Notes: generated by a model not told the origin, from the sequence alone. A DNA stretch of 64,000 nucleotides from Bacteroidales bacterium (GCA_003559855.1 PWJZ01000004.1:30695-94694), one strand, 5' to 3'; positions 11,141 to 21,030 are shown, counted from the stretch's first letter. Made by a program: numbers and translations.

Positions 11141-11478
11141 TCAAAAAATGTATTGTTTATGTGCAAAGTTATTTTATTTGCCTTAATTTTACCCGTAAAG
11201 ATTCGCCTGTAAAAAAACAACCTGTTTTACGGAAGCACATTTGTGAAAGTATTATTGACAAGATCGTTTAAAACACGAAACCAGTTACGTTAAAAAAAGT
11301 TTTTTACCGGCGGCAAAACCATGAACATTTGATCAAATATTTTTGTTATCTTACAGGATAAAATTTTAAAAGCCCTGCATTAAAAGACCATTGAATTGAC
11401 CTTATTTTTTCAGCCGTTTATTTTTTTATGTTTGTATAAAAGTTTGTTTATTTCGCAAAAAAACCATTGGACAAAGAT

Positions 11479-12363
11479 ATGATAAAATATTCTATAAATG
11501 ATCTCGAAAAGATCACTGACATAAAAGCTCACACCATAAGGATATGGGAAAAACGATATAACCTGGTCAAACCAAAGAGGACTTCAACAAATATCCGCTA
11601 TTATCTTGATGAAGATGTAAAGAAACTTTTAAATATCAGCACGCTAAAACGATATGGTTTGAAAATATCGGATATTATGAAAATGGATTCCGGCGAGATA
11701 AATGAAAAAATAATTGAGTTGTCAAGCAGTAATGAAGATCATGAAGGGCAGATAAACAACCTTTTTATATCAATGATCGAGTTGAATGAAGAAAGTTTTA
11801 ATAAAATCATGGCTGATTCGATCCTGAAGATAGGTTTGGAAAAGACAGTTATGTATATATTATATCCTTTTTTAGAAAAAATAGGTATTCTTTGGCAGGT
11901 TGGTTCGATAATTCCCGCACAGGAACATTTTATAAGCAGCCTGATACGTCAAAAACTCATTGTGGCTATTGATGCACAAGCTAAAGCCAGCAAGGAGCAC
12001 GCAAAAACATTTTTGCTTTTCCTTCCTGAAGATGAGCTACATGAATTGGGACTGCTATTTTACAATTATCTGTTAAGAAAATACGGGCATAAAGTAATAT
12101 ATCTCGGACAAACAACTCCATTTGAAGACCTGATAAAAACACAAAAAATAGTAAATGCCGATTTTCTGCTGACACATCTTGTCACTGCAGCAGTTCCATA
12201 CAAAGCATGTGAGTACATAGAAAATATATCAAAAACATTTCCCGACAAAACCATATTCGTAACCGGCAAGCAAGCCTGTGATGTAAAATCAGACACTCCG
12301 AAAAATATAATGATAATACGAAATTCCAACGAGTTTAAAAGCTTTTTGAACCATTATATTTGA
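11479..12363 (+). CDS. MerR-family transcriptional regulator with CarH/LitR-type B12-binding module
   Basis: The ORF track starts at a TTG (11467). The ATG at 11479 gives MIKYSINDLEKITDIKAHTIRIWEKRY, a MerR helix-turn-helix. The middle region has W-x9-EH (WQVGSIIPAQEHF). The C-terminal Rossmann-like part has ExHxxG (EDELHELG...YLGQTTP), the lower-ligand motif of B12-binding domains. Confidence 0.7.
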   Translation: MIKYSINDLEKITDIKAHTIRIWEKRYNLVKPKRTSTNIRYYLDEDVKKLLNISTLKRYGLKISDIMKMDSGEINEKIIELSSSNEDHEGQINNLFISMIELNEESFNKIMADSILKIGLEKTVMYILYPFLEKIGILWQVGSIIPAQEHFISSLIRQKLIVAIDAQAKASKEHAKTFLLFLPEDELHELGLLFYNYLLRKYGHKVIYLGQTTPFEDLIKTQKIVNADFLLTHLVTAAVPYKACEYIENISKTFPDKTIFVTGKQACDVKSDTPKNIMIIRNSNEFKSFLNHYI

Positions 12364-12601
12364 ATATTACTATAATATTTTTTTAAATTCTTTCTTAAAA
12401 TTATTAAACAATAATTATTTCTACTAATAGTTAAATTTATATAGCTATATTTCTACATAACTTATGCCTGTATAGATATTTTTGAGATAAAAAAATAAAT
12501 TCGACAGCAATATATTTGTTAAATTTTCAAAAAATACTTGACTTTTGATTTTTTTTGTTTAATTTTATATTGTATTTCTTAAACAATAAAAATTTAAAAT
12601 C

Positions 12602-13102
12602 ATGACATCACTTGAATTCAACTATAAACTACTCGGACTTCAGAAAAATCTGAAATATTTTGCCTATACTTTAACATCAAACTATGATGACGCTGAGGAT
12701 CTTTTGCAGGAAACATATCTCAAAGCTTTAATCAACAGGGATAAATTTACTGCAAACACCAATTTCAAAGCATGGACTTTTACCATAATGAAAAATACTT
12801 TCATTAACAATTACCGTCAAAATGTAAGAAACAAAACCATTGTTGACAAGACCGACGATCTTTATTTTCTTAATCTTTCAAAGGTAAGCCGGACAGGTTT
12901 GCCCGATTCCGAATATTATGCCAGGGAAATTGCCGAAAAAGTAAACAAGATCAACAAGGATCAACGCAAACCTTTTGAAATGTACAATGAAGGATACAAA
13001 TACAAGGAAATAGCCGAAAAACTTGATCTTTCAATAGGAACAGTAAAAAGCCGTATTTTCTTCACCCGCAAAAAACTAATGGAAGAACTGAAAGATTACT
13101 GA
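12602..13102 (+). CDS. RNA polymerase sigma factor, sigma-70 family (ECF-like group)
   Basis: 166 aa. Region 2 reads DAEDLLQETYLKAL...FKAWTFTIMKNTFINNYR. The region 4 HTH reads YKYKEIAEKLDLSIGTVKSRIFFTRKKL. Confidence 0.8.
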   Translation: MTSLEFNYKLLGLQKNLKYFAYTLTSNYDDAEDLLQETYLKALINRDKFTANTNFKAWTFTIMKNTFINNYRQNVRNKTIVDKTDDLYFLNLSKVSRTGLPDSEYYAREIAEKVNKINKDQRKPFEMYNEGYKYKEIAEKLDLSIGTVKSRIFFTRKKLMEELKDY

Positions 13103-13144
13103 TCAAAAAAATAACCAGAGCAAATAAATATCTCTTTGTTTTTT

Positions 13145-13175
13145 ACCCGGCTTTTTCAAAGCCGGGTTTTTTTTC
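13145..13175 (+). terminator. Rho-independent terminator after the sigma-factor gene
   Basis: ACCCGGC-TTTTTCAAA-GCCGGGT forms a 7-bp GC-rich stem. It is followed by a run of eight T. Confidence 0.6.
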
Positions 13176-13406
13176 AACATGCATTATTGACAAGATAATA
13201 AATACTTAATGTTATTGCATTTTTATTGCAGCAGGCAAAAATTTATGATTTAAAACAATGGTTACCTTGCTTTACTTGTTGAGAATACATTAATTTGCCG
13301 GCTTTTTCCTTTCGTATTAATATCAAACAAATTTTAGTGCATATCTTTGTGAATTATCAGGGTTATTTATTTTTGCCACAAACAAACGGATCAAATATTT
13401 TCTGCG

Positions 13407-14699
13407 ATGCATGTATTCAAATTTGGCGGTGCTTCCGTAAAGAGTGCAAAAGATGTAAGAAAAGCAGCTGACATCGTTGCAAGGTATAATGACATACCGC
13501 TTATGATAGTAGTATCGGCCATGGGAAAAACCACGAATTCCTTAGAGCTGCTTACCGAATATTATTTCAAAGGCAGAAAGGAGGATCTTCATAAATGTTT
13601 TTCAAAAATCAAAAATTTCCATAATGATATAGCCGATGAGCTTTTCAATAACAGCAACAGCCGATTTATCCGCTCTTTAAATGAAAAGTTCAATTCTATT
13701 GAGGCTGATTTAAAGCAACCGCCCGGAGAGAATTACAATTTTGAGTATGACAAGATCGTTTCGATCGGAGAAGAGCTGTCGGCTATGATAATCAGTCATT
13801 ACCTGAACGAAGTAAATATCAGCAACCGTTGGTTTCATGCAAAGGATATTATAATTACCGATGCAACGTATCGTGACGCTCATGTTTACTGGGATAAAAC
13901 ATGTAAAGCTATAGAAAACAGGTTATTGCCCTATTTCAAACGATTTGCCCGTGAAAGTCAACGACCGGTAGTCATTACCCAGGGTTTTGTCGGGGGTACT
14001 CCTGCAGGTTATGTAACTACACTAGGACGCGAAGGCTCCGACTACAGCGCTGCAATACTTGCATATGCATTAAACGCACGCGAAATTTTTATCTGGAAGG
14101 ATGTCGCAGGTGTGTTAAATGCAGACCCCAAACTGATTGAACAAACTGTACTGTTGCCTAACATATCATATCAGGAAGCAATTGAACTTGCATATTACGG
14201 GGCGAAAGTCATACACCCTAAAACCCTGAAACCCCTGCTGACAAAAAGTATCCCCCTGAGAGTAAAATCATTCTACGAACCTGATAAAGACGGAACTTTG
14301 ATCAACGATAATACCAGCCTTGACAATCAAACACCGTCTTACATATTCAAATTTAAACAGGTCATGTTATCCGTTTCTCCTAAAGATTTCAGCTTCATTG
14401 CCGAGCATAATCTGTCGCTTATCTTCTCTGAATTTGCAAAGCAAAATATAAGAATCAACATGATGCAAAACTCTGCCATCAGCTTTTCGGTATGCTTCGA
14501 TTTTGACAGAACAAAAACCCCTGCACTGATAAACGGTTTGAAAAAATCGTTCAACATAAGCTGTATTTACGATAAAGAACTGATAACAATAAGGCATTAC
14601 AGCAAAGCTGATATTAAACCTTATATTAAGAACCGGAAAGTAATTCTTGAACAAAAAACATGCGACACCCTTCAGCTTTTGGTAAAAAAAGAGGGTTGA
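13407..14699 (+). CDS. lysC: Aspartate kinase
   Basis: 430 aa with an N-terminal amino-acid-kinase fold (VFKFGGASVKSA...VVSAMGKTTN). It also has TLGREGSDYSAA and C-terminal ACT-like repeats. Confidence 0.85.
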   Translation: MHVFKFGGASVKSAKDVRKAADIVARYNDIPLMIVVSAMGKTTNSLELLTEYYFKGRKEDLHKCFSKIKNFHNDIADELFNNSNSRFIRSLNEKFNSIEADLKQPPGENYNFEYDKIVSIGEELSAMIISHYLNEVNISNRWFHAKDIIITDATYRDAHVYWDKTCKAIENRLLPYFKRFARESQRPVVITQGFVGGTPAGYVTTLGREGSDYSAAILAYALNAREIFIWKDVAGVLNADPKLIEQTVLLPNISYQEAIELAYYGAKVIHPKTLKPLLTKSIPLRVKSFYEPDKDGTLINDNTSLDNQTPSYIFKFKQVMLSVSPKDFSFIAEHNLSLIFSEFAKQNIRINMMQNSAISFSVCFDFDRTKTPALINGLKKSFNISCIYDKELITIRHYSKADIKPYIKNRKVILEQKTCDTLQLLVKKEG

Positions 14700-14784
14700 C
14701 AAAGATTTGGCAATTACGGAAAAATAACGGTTCATAGACAGGTTGTTAGTTGACAGTTGTTCAGGCTACAATTAAGAATATTTT

Positions 14785-15357
14785 TTAAACCAGCCCTGCG
14801 AATCCCATAAAGGCAAGTGCCATAATTCCTGCCACGACAAGAGCTGCCGGGGCGCCTCTCATACCTTTGGGAACGTCTACCAGATCAAGTTGTTCGCGAA
14901 TACCTGCAAACAAAATTATGGCAAGCCCGAAGCCAATAGCATTGGCAATGGCAAATACAACGCCTTGCAGAAGATTATATTCGTTTTGAACGGTAAGTAT
15001 AGCAACACCGAGTATAGCACAATTAGTTGTCATTAAAGGAAGAAATATACCCAATGCCTGGAATAGTGCTGGGCTGATTTTTTTTAGAATGATCTCAACC
15101 ATCTGCACCAGCGAAGCAATTACCAGAATATAGGATATGGTTTGCAAATAACTAATATCCAGCGGAATAAGGATAAAATTATATATAAGATATGTTACAA
15201 CTGTTGCAAGTGTCATCACAAACATTACTGCCCCGGACATTCCAACAGATGTTGAAACTTTTCCCGACACGCCAATATAGGGGCAAATACCCAAAAACTG
15301 GGCTAGAACGATATTGTTAACAAATATAGCGCCTATTATAATAAATATATATTCCAT
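14785..15357 (-). CDS. rnfA: Rnf electron-transport complex subunit A
   Basis: 190-aa polytopic membrane protein in the RnfA/RsxA/NqrE pattern (FVNNIVLAQFLGICP...). It is the last gene of the rnf operon. Confidence 0.9.
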   Translation of the reverse strand: MEYIFIIIGAIFVNNIVLAQFLGICPYIGVSGKVSTSVGMSGAVMFVMTLATVVTYLIYNFILIPLDISYLQTISYILVIASLVQMVEIILKKISPALFQALGIFLPLMTTNCAILGVAILTVQNEYNLLQGVVFAIANAIGFGLAIILFAGIREQLDLVDVPKGMRGAPAALVVAGIMALAFMGFAGLV

Positions 15358-15377
15358 AACACAATTATTTTATAAAA

Positions 15378-15962
15378 TTACCTTTGACCGATTATTTTCA
15401 AAAAAATTGCCGTTAAATATCCCAGACCTATAAATGCTCCGGGAGCCAGCACAAACACCAACATTCCGTCGCCTTCCAAAAATGAATATCCGAATATTGA
15501 ATAGCTGCCAAGAATTTCACGCAAACCGCCCAATGCCGTCAGTGCCATTGTAAAACCCATACCCATGGCCAGGCCATCGGTTAGAGCACTAAAAGTGTCA
15601 TTCTTGCTGGCAAAAGCTTCCGATCTGCCTAAAACAAGACAGTTAACAACTATCAATGGGATAAAAAGCCCAAGTGCGTCAAACAGGTCAGGTAAATAGG
15701 CTTCCATAACCAGTTGAACTATTGTAACAAATGAAGCTATGATAACGATAAAAGATGGTATCCTGACCTTGTTGGGTATAAAGTTTTTTATCAGAGACAC
15801 AACCAGGTTTGACATAAAAAGCACAAAAGTTGTAGCCACACCCATTCCAAATCCGTTGTACGCAGATGTTGTGACACCCAAAACCGGACATAAACCCAGC
15901 AGAAGAACAAAAACAGGGTTATCCGTAATAAGGCCTCTTGTAATAATTTTAATCTTATTCAT
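15378..15962 (-). CDS. rnfE: Rnf electron-transport complex subunit E
   Basis: 194-aa membrane protein in the RnfE/NqrD pattern (NPVFVLLLGLCPVLGVT...VVNCLVLGR). Confidence 0.9.
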   Translation of the reverse strand: MNKIKIITRGLITDNPVFVLLLGLCPVLGVTTSAYNGFGMGVATTFVLFMSNLVVSLIKNFIPNKVRIPSFIVIIASFVTIVQLVMEAYLPDLFDALGLFIPLIVVNCLVLGRSEAFASKNDTFSALTDGLAMGMGFTMALTALGGLREILGSYSIFGYSFLEGDGMLVFVLAPGAFIGLGYLTAIFLKIIGQR

Positions 15963-16035
15963 ATATCAGATTAATTTTTTTATGCTGTATAAAGAATTTA
16001 TATTTTACAGGTTACTTCATTTTCATTACGAAAGA

Positions 16036-16632
16036 TCATTCATTCAAAACAAAATATTCTTCGTCCAGATTTTCCTTAAGAGTGATGTAAGCCCGGTTAA
16101 TGGCATCACAATATGCTCTTGCGGTAATTGTTGCAGCGGCAATACCGTCAACATCACCCTGATCTTGTTTAAGTTTTATTGTTTTTTTTGACGGATCAAA
16201 ATTTCTGAACTGGTTGCTCCAGTCTGATCTGTCTTTTTCGATTTTATCGCCCAGACCCGGGGTTTCGGCATGTTGCAGATGCACAACGTCATATATACGT
16301 TTGTCGGGATAAAATCCGACCATTGCAGATATATAACCGCTAAATCCCATTGTAGTATAAGTTTGCACCGCAATTCCCACTAGTTCACCCTCTTTGTAAG
16401 CAAAATTAAATTCAAGTGAATCACGTCCGTCGGGCGGCATAAAAAACTTTGTTAGGAGCTCATCAAACTCAGGCACGACAAAGCTTATTGCAGCCTGCTT
16501 ACGTTCATATCTGCCCTGTTCTATCGGCTCTTTTGTAATATTGTAGATCATTGACAAGGTAAAGGCAGCAACAGCAGTTACCATAAGCAATGTCAGCAAC
16601 ATATTTGCAAATGTTGATTCTCTTTTAGCCAT
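16036..16632 (-). CDS. rnfG: Rnf electron-transport complex subunit G (FMN-binding)
   Basis: The track ORF starts at 16677, inside rnfD. The ATG at 16632 (MAKRESTF...) gives the usual short ATGGCTAA overlap with the rnfD stop. It has a single N-terminal TM helix and an FMN_bind domain with GIAAATITARA (the flavinylated Thr motif region). Confidence 0.85.
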   Translation of the reverse strand: MAKRESTFANMLLTLLMVTAVAAFTLSMIYNITKEPIEQGRYERKQAAISFVVPEFDELLTKFFMPPDGRDSLEFNFAYKEGELVGIAVQTYTTMGFSGYISAMVGFYPDKRIYDVVHLQHAETPGLGDKIEKDRSDWSNQFRNFDPSKKTIKLKQDQGDVDGIAAATITARAYCDAINRAYITLKENLDEEYFVLNE

Positions 16633-17632
16633 TTTTTTCCTCCTCTCCGAATCTTTTGGGTTTGAAAGTTCTGTCAATTATTGGAACAAAAGCATTCATG
16701 ATCAAAATTGCAAAAGAGACCCCTTCGGGATATGCTCCGAAAATTCGTATCACTACGGTAAGCACACCGCATCCAACACCGAATATGAGCATACCTGCCG
16801 GTGTCATGGGGCTTGTAACCATGTCGGTAGCCATATATATTGCTCCGAGCATCAACCCTCCCGTTAAAAGATGAAACAATGGGTCAATATATATATCGGG
16901 ATCTATCAGCCACATAATGCCTGTTAAAATCAATACCGAACCTATGAAAGATACCGGTATATGCCACGTTATGATCTTTCGGACCAGCATGTATAATCCT
17001 CCAAGGATCAATGCAATAGCAGACACCTCGCCCAATGAGCCTCCCATATTGCCGATGAAAAGATCCAGATATTCAGGCACTTTTGGCAACAGCTCGGATA
17101 CTTTTTCGCCTCTTCCAACACCATCCTTTATTACCGCCAAAGGCGTGGAGCCTGTGACCACATCGGTAATCTGTGTATTTAAAGGCACCGGTTTCGGCCA
17201 TGTGGTCATTTCAACCGGAAATGAGATCATCATAAACACTCTGCCTACCAGTGCAGGATTGAAAGGATTTTTACCCAAACCGCCAAAAGTCATCTTCCCC
17301 ATGCCTATCGCAACAAAAGAACCTATGACCACAATCCATAAAGGCAGATTGGAAGGAACATTAAAGGCAAGCAACACCCCTGTAATTATCGCAGAACCGT
17401 CGAAAATCGTTAACGGCCCCCTGATAAGAAATTTTTGGATCAAAAACTCAAACACCAAACACGATACCACAGCTGTCAAAGTAACTATTACCGCATCCAG
17501 TCCGAAAAAATAAAAAGAAACAAGCATTGCAGGAATCAATGAAAAAATTACGCCATACATGATCTTCCTGACCGAATCATCAGCATGAATATGGGGTGAT
17601 CCTGAAACCGTCAATAAACTCATATCATTCAA
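16625..17632 (-). CDS. rnfD: Rnf electron-transport complex subunit D
   Basis: 335-aa polytopic membrane protein in the RnfD/NqrB pattern (SGSPHIH...; GGLMLGAIYMATDMVTSP). Confidence 0.9.
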   Translation of the reverse strand: MNDMSLLTVSGSPHIHADDSVRKIMYGVIFSLIPAMLVSFYFFGLDAVIVTLTAVVSCLVFEFLIQKFLIRGPLTIFDGSAIITGVLLAFNVPSNLPLWIVVIGSFVAIGMGKMTFGGLGKNPFNPALVGRVFMMISFPVEMTTWPKPVPLNTQITDVVTGSTPLAVIKDGVGRGEKVSELLPKVPEYLDLFIGNMGGSLGEVSAIALILGGLYMLVRKIITWHIPVSFIGSVLILTGIMWLIDPDIYIDPLFHLLTGGLMLGAIYMATDMVTSPMTPAGMLIFGVGCGVLTVVIRIFGAYPEGVSFAILIMNAFVPIIDRTFKPKRFGEEEKNG

Positions 17633-17925
17633 CTTTAACCTGTTAATTATCCATTTATAAAATTTTCAATTATCTCAGTATGTTCTATCGTAATTCAACA
17701 CGACCTTTTCTTACTTGTTGCAGGTTGCTTAATGTTGATAACCAGTCATAGGTTATTGTTTTTGTAACATGATTACATTATCGCATAATGGTCTAAAGGT
17801 ATCTCAGGTCTTTCAAGTTGCTTAAGTCTGTTACATAAATCTTAAGCCGAGTTTTGCCTGCTGCCTTAGTCCTGTTCTCTTTTCAATCAACTCCCGCAAC
17901 CGGCGTCATTCTTTTTCATATCATC

Positions 17926-19266
17926 TTACTTTGCACTTCTTTCGCGTATCATTTGACCTACTTTTGCTTTTCCGACCCTTATCTGATCAAGCAGGGGTCT
18001 TCCCGACGGGCATACGTACTGACATGAGCCGCACTCGACACAATCCATTATTTGATTTTTTTCACAGTGTTCATATCGTTTTTTATCAGAAAGCAATCCC
18101 AGCAGGTATGGTTCAAGAGTCATGGGGCAGGTACTGACGCATTTGGCACAGCGTATGCAGTTAAGTTGTGTTATGCGCTGTGATGTTGCTTCAGGGAAAA
18201 CCAGGATACCGCTAGTTCCTTTTGTCACAGGCACTTCAAGATTGATCAGTGCTTTACCCATCATTGGGCCGCCACTGACAACCTTGCCGGTATCTTTCGG
18301 TATTCCACCGGCAGCTTCTATGAGAGCCGATACGGGAGTGCCTATCCTGACAAGCAAATTGCAAGGTCTTTCAACACCAATACCCGTTACCGTCACTATT
18401 CGTTCTATCAAAGGCTTGTTCTTCTGAACAGCCTCATAAACTGCGTATGTTGTCCCTACATTGTGAACAATACATCCAACCTCTATGGGAAGTTTGCCGG
18501 ATGGAACTTCCCTGTTTACCAATGCCTTTATCAGTTGTTTTTCACCTCCCTGCGGATATTTGACCTTCAACGGCTCTACCGATATACCTTTATATTCTTC
18601 TGCCAGCTCATCAAGATATTCAATTGCATCGGGTTTATTTTTCTCTATACCTATTATGGCTTTATTTACACCTAATGCTTTCATTTTTATGGTAATTCCA
18701 ACCATAAGCTCTTTTCCTTTTTCAATCATCAGGCGATGATCGGAAGTAAGATACGGCTCACATTCTGCACCGTTAATAATAAGGTAGTCAGCTTTTTTAC
18801 CTTTTGGAACCGTCAGCTTAACATGTGTGGGAAATGCAGCTCCCCCCATACCAACGATACCCATCCGGTTGACCTTTTTTACTATCTCTTCAGGCGTAAG
18901 ACCGCAATCCTTTATTAAAGTACCGGTTGTATCAACAGATTCTTCCCACTGATCTTCTTCAACCTTGATAATTAGAGTTTTTTTACGATATCCGCTAACA
19001 TCAACAACATCATCTATTTTAGTGACCGTACCTGTAACTGACGAGTGGATGTTTGCAGATATAAAGGCTTCACCCCTGGCTACGATCTGACCGGTTTTTA
19101 CTTTATCGCCTTTATTAACAACCGGCACAGACGGCACTCCCAGATGTTGCGACAGGGGTATTGAAACGTTTTCCGGCAATGGAAGCACCTCTATGGGTTG
19201 ATGTTCGGATAATTTGTTTTCGGGAGGATGAACCCCTCCTGTTTTAAATGTCTTTAAAACTCCCAT
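17926..19266 (-). CDS. rnfC: Rnf electron-transport complex subunit C
   Basis: 446 aa with an NADH/FMN-binding-like core (GMGGAAFPTHVKL). Two ferredoxin motifs are present, CIRCAKCVSTCP and CVECGSCQYVCP. Confidence 0.9.
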   Translation of the reverse strand: MGVLKTFKTGGVHPPENKLSEHQPIEVLPLPENVSIPLSQHLGVPSVPVVNKGDKVKTGQIVARGEAFISANIHSSVTGTVTKIDDVVDVSGYRKKTLIIKVEEDQWEESVDTTGTLIKDCGLTPEEIVKKVNRMGIVGMGGAAFPTHVKLTVPKGKKADYLIINGAECEPYLTSDHRLMIEKGKELMVGITIKMKALGVNKAIIGIEKNKPDAIEYLDELAEEYKGISVEPLKVKYPQGGEKQLIKALVNREVPSGKLPIEVGCIVHNVGTTYAVYEAVQKNKPLIERIVTVTGIGVERPCNLLVRIGTPVSALIEAAGGIPKDTGKVVSGGPMMGKALINLEVPVTKGTSGILVFPEATSQRITQLNCIRCAKCVSTCPMTLEPYLLGLLSDKKRYEHCEKNQIMDCVECGSCQYVCPSGRPLLDQIRVGKAKVGQMIRERSAK

Positions 19267-19296
19267 AATATTTTTTATTCTACAAAATATATCCTA

Positions 19297-20160
19297 TTAC
19301 GCTTCAGCAGCTTTATCTTCTTTTTTCTCCTTATTTTTTCTTGGCGGAAGATTAACTTCATGTATAGCACTTGTGGGGCAAACCGGCGGACATTTACGGC
19401 ATAAAGTACATTTATTGAAATCGATATAGGCCAGGTTATTTTCAAGGGTAATTGCCTCGAAATTACATTCCTTGACACATCTTCCGCAACCTATACAAGC
19501 CACTTTGCAGTTTTTTCTTGCTACACCGCCTTTTTCTTTGTTGATGCAGGAAACAAATATCCGCCTGCTTTTCTTTCCTTTTTTCCTGAGTTCCATTATG
19601 TTTCTGGGGCAAGCTTTAACACAGGCACCGCAGGCGACGCATTTTTCTTCAATAATAACCGGCAACCCTGTGTTTTCGTCCATATACATTGCATCGAAAT
19701 TGCAAGACACCACGCAATCTCCTTCACCGAGGCAGCCGTATGGGCAACCGCTAAGGCCTGCATAGAGGCTGTGTGCAAATTCACAGGTGTTAAGTCCTTC
19801 AAAGCGGGTTTTGGGCGGAGCAACCTGGCGGCTGCCAGAACAAAGCACAACGGCAACCATGGGTTCCTGCTCTTCGGCTTCCAAACCAAGCACATCCGCA
19901 ATATCTTTCATAACATCTGTACCGCCCGGCGGGCAATTTTTGCCTTCCAAAAAGCCTGACTTGACAATCTCCTCGGCAAAATTACGACACCCGGCATAAC
20001 CACACCCGCCGCAATTTGCCCCGGGCAACTTGTCCTCAACCAGATCAATGCGAGGATCCTCTATAACCTTAAATCGTTGAGAAACAATATATAAAACAAT
20101 GGCAAGTAATGTGCCCAGGCCTCCTATTGATAATACCGAATATAGAACAACTTCGTTCAC
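19297..20160 (-). CDS. rnfB: Rnf electron-transport complex subunit B (polyferredoxin)
   Basis: 287 aa with an N-terminal TM helix and a CGGCGYAGC cluster. Several CxxCxxCxxxCP 4Fe-4S motifs follow. Confidence 0.9.
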   Translation of the reverse strand: MNEVVLYSVLSIGGLGTLLAIVLYIVSQRFKVIEDPRIDLVEDKLPGANCGGCGYAGCRNFAEEIVKSGFLEGKNCPPGGTDVMKDIADVLGLEAEEQEPMVAVVLCSGSRQVAPPKTRFEGLNTCEFAHSLYAGLSGCPYGCLGEGDCVVSCNFDAMYMDENTGLPVIIEEKCVACGACVKACPRNIMELRKKGKKSRRIFVSCINKEKGGVARKNCKVACIGCGRCVKECNFEAITLENNLAYIDFNKCTLCRKCPPVCPTSAIHEVNLPPRKNKEKKEDKAAEA

Positions 20161-20499
20161 GTTTGGCTACGTTTTGTTATTTAAAAAGCAAAAATATCGA
20201 TAAAAAAATCAAATCGTTTTTCAATCCGCAAAAATAAAAACTTAATCCTTAATGCAATGATATTACCAAAAAAATAAGGATTTTACAATGTCTTGAATTA
20301 CAAATCTTTAAGCTCTGCCAGATAAAAGTGCGATTTACTATTTGCTGGCTATCAGTTATTTAAAAAAATATAAAGAATTTATTTAAAAACTGCTAAAATA
20401 ATAATATATCCGGACTTATTAACAATTCGGGCAGATCCATCGACGGTCGCTATCGCTCACTGCTCAACGAACCTGCACACCCATCAAAATCTCCGTTAA

Positions 20500-20922
20500 T
20501 TATTCCTTTATATGAAAATTGAACGTTCTTCGCAATTTATCACGTTTCAAATATACCATAACATAATAAGGTACCATAAGCAACACAGCAACCAGTGCCG
20601 ACAAGGGTTCATCACCCGTAAGTGCAAGCATAACTATCAAAGCCAGCAGCAAAATTACCAATGGCACGATATAACCTAATAATATTGCCTTATATCCGAG
20701 CGATTGTTTCAAGGTAACGGTAATCTTCTGACCAATTTTATAATTTGCGGCTTTGCTTGTTTCAATTTCAATGATCTTATCCTTGACGTCCTGCAATCCG
20801 CAATAAGATCTCGACTTGCAGTCGCCGCATGCCGTGCGCGATTTGATGCGAACCAACACATTCCTGCCCGAAACGCCCTCTACAACTCCCGGATGTTCTA
20901 TATTTTCAAGCTTCTTTTCCAT
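20500..20922 (-). CDS. rseC: RseC/SoxR-reducing-system family membrane protein, first gene of the rnf cluster
   Basis: 140 aa. It has an N-terminal Cys-containing soluble part (ACGDCKSRSYCG) followed by two TM helices. The position directly upstream of rnfB is typical of Bacteroidota rnf loci. Confidence 0.7.
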   Translation of the reverse strand: MEKKLENIEHPGVVEGVSGRNVLVRIKSRTACGDCKSRSYCGLQDVKDKIIEIETSKAANYKIGQKITVTLKQSLGYKAILLGYIVPLVILLLALIVMLALTGDEPLSALVAVLLMVPYYVMVYLKRDKLRRTFNFHIKE

Positions 20923-20971
20923 AACAACAGCGCAAATTTAATAAAATCAAATAATTTATAATAATATCAAA

Positions 20972-20996
20972 TAAAAAAGCCGGCTCGCACCGGCTC
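20972..20996 (-). terminator. Rho-independent terminator after the lipoprotein gene at 21031-21384
   Basis: On the minus strand, AGCCGG-TGCGAG-CCGGCT is followed by a TTTTTT run. Confidence 0.55.
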
Positions 20997-21030
20997 CTTC
21001 AGATGTTTCTACTCCGGAAAAAAACGATGT

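Noticed and set aside
11251-11264. 14-nt exact repeat ATTATTGACAAGAT, also at 13183-13196. Each copy lies about 215-230 nt upstream of a start codon (MerR-like gene and lysC)
   Set aside because: By rough estimate, exact 14-mers are expected to recur by chance tens of times in a 64-kb AT-rich window on two strands. No flanking similarity supports a shared site.
16625-16677. Apparent 53-nt overlap of rnfD and rnfG
   Set aside because: This is an artefact of taking the most upstream ATG for rnfG. The internal ATG at 16632 gives the typical short ATGGCTAA overlap and a normal N-terminus.
16917-17513. 198-aa plus-strand ORF, and similar long antisense ORFs (35105-35737, 42779-43378, 43811-44299, 49602-50129, 30073-30522, 27589-28065)
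   Set aside because: Each is fully embedded antisense to a gene with unmistakable family motifs (rnfD, P-type ATPase, nifJ, sigma-54 activator, tonB, mscS). Their translations are Ser/Pro/Thr-rich mirror-frame products with no recognisable domains.
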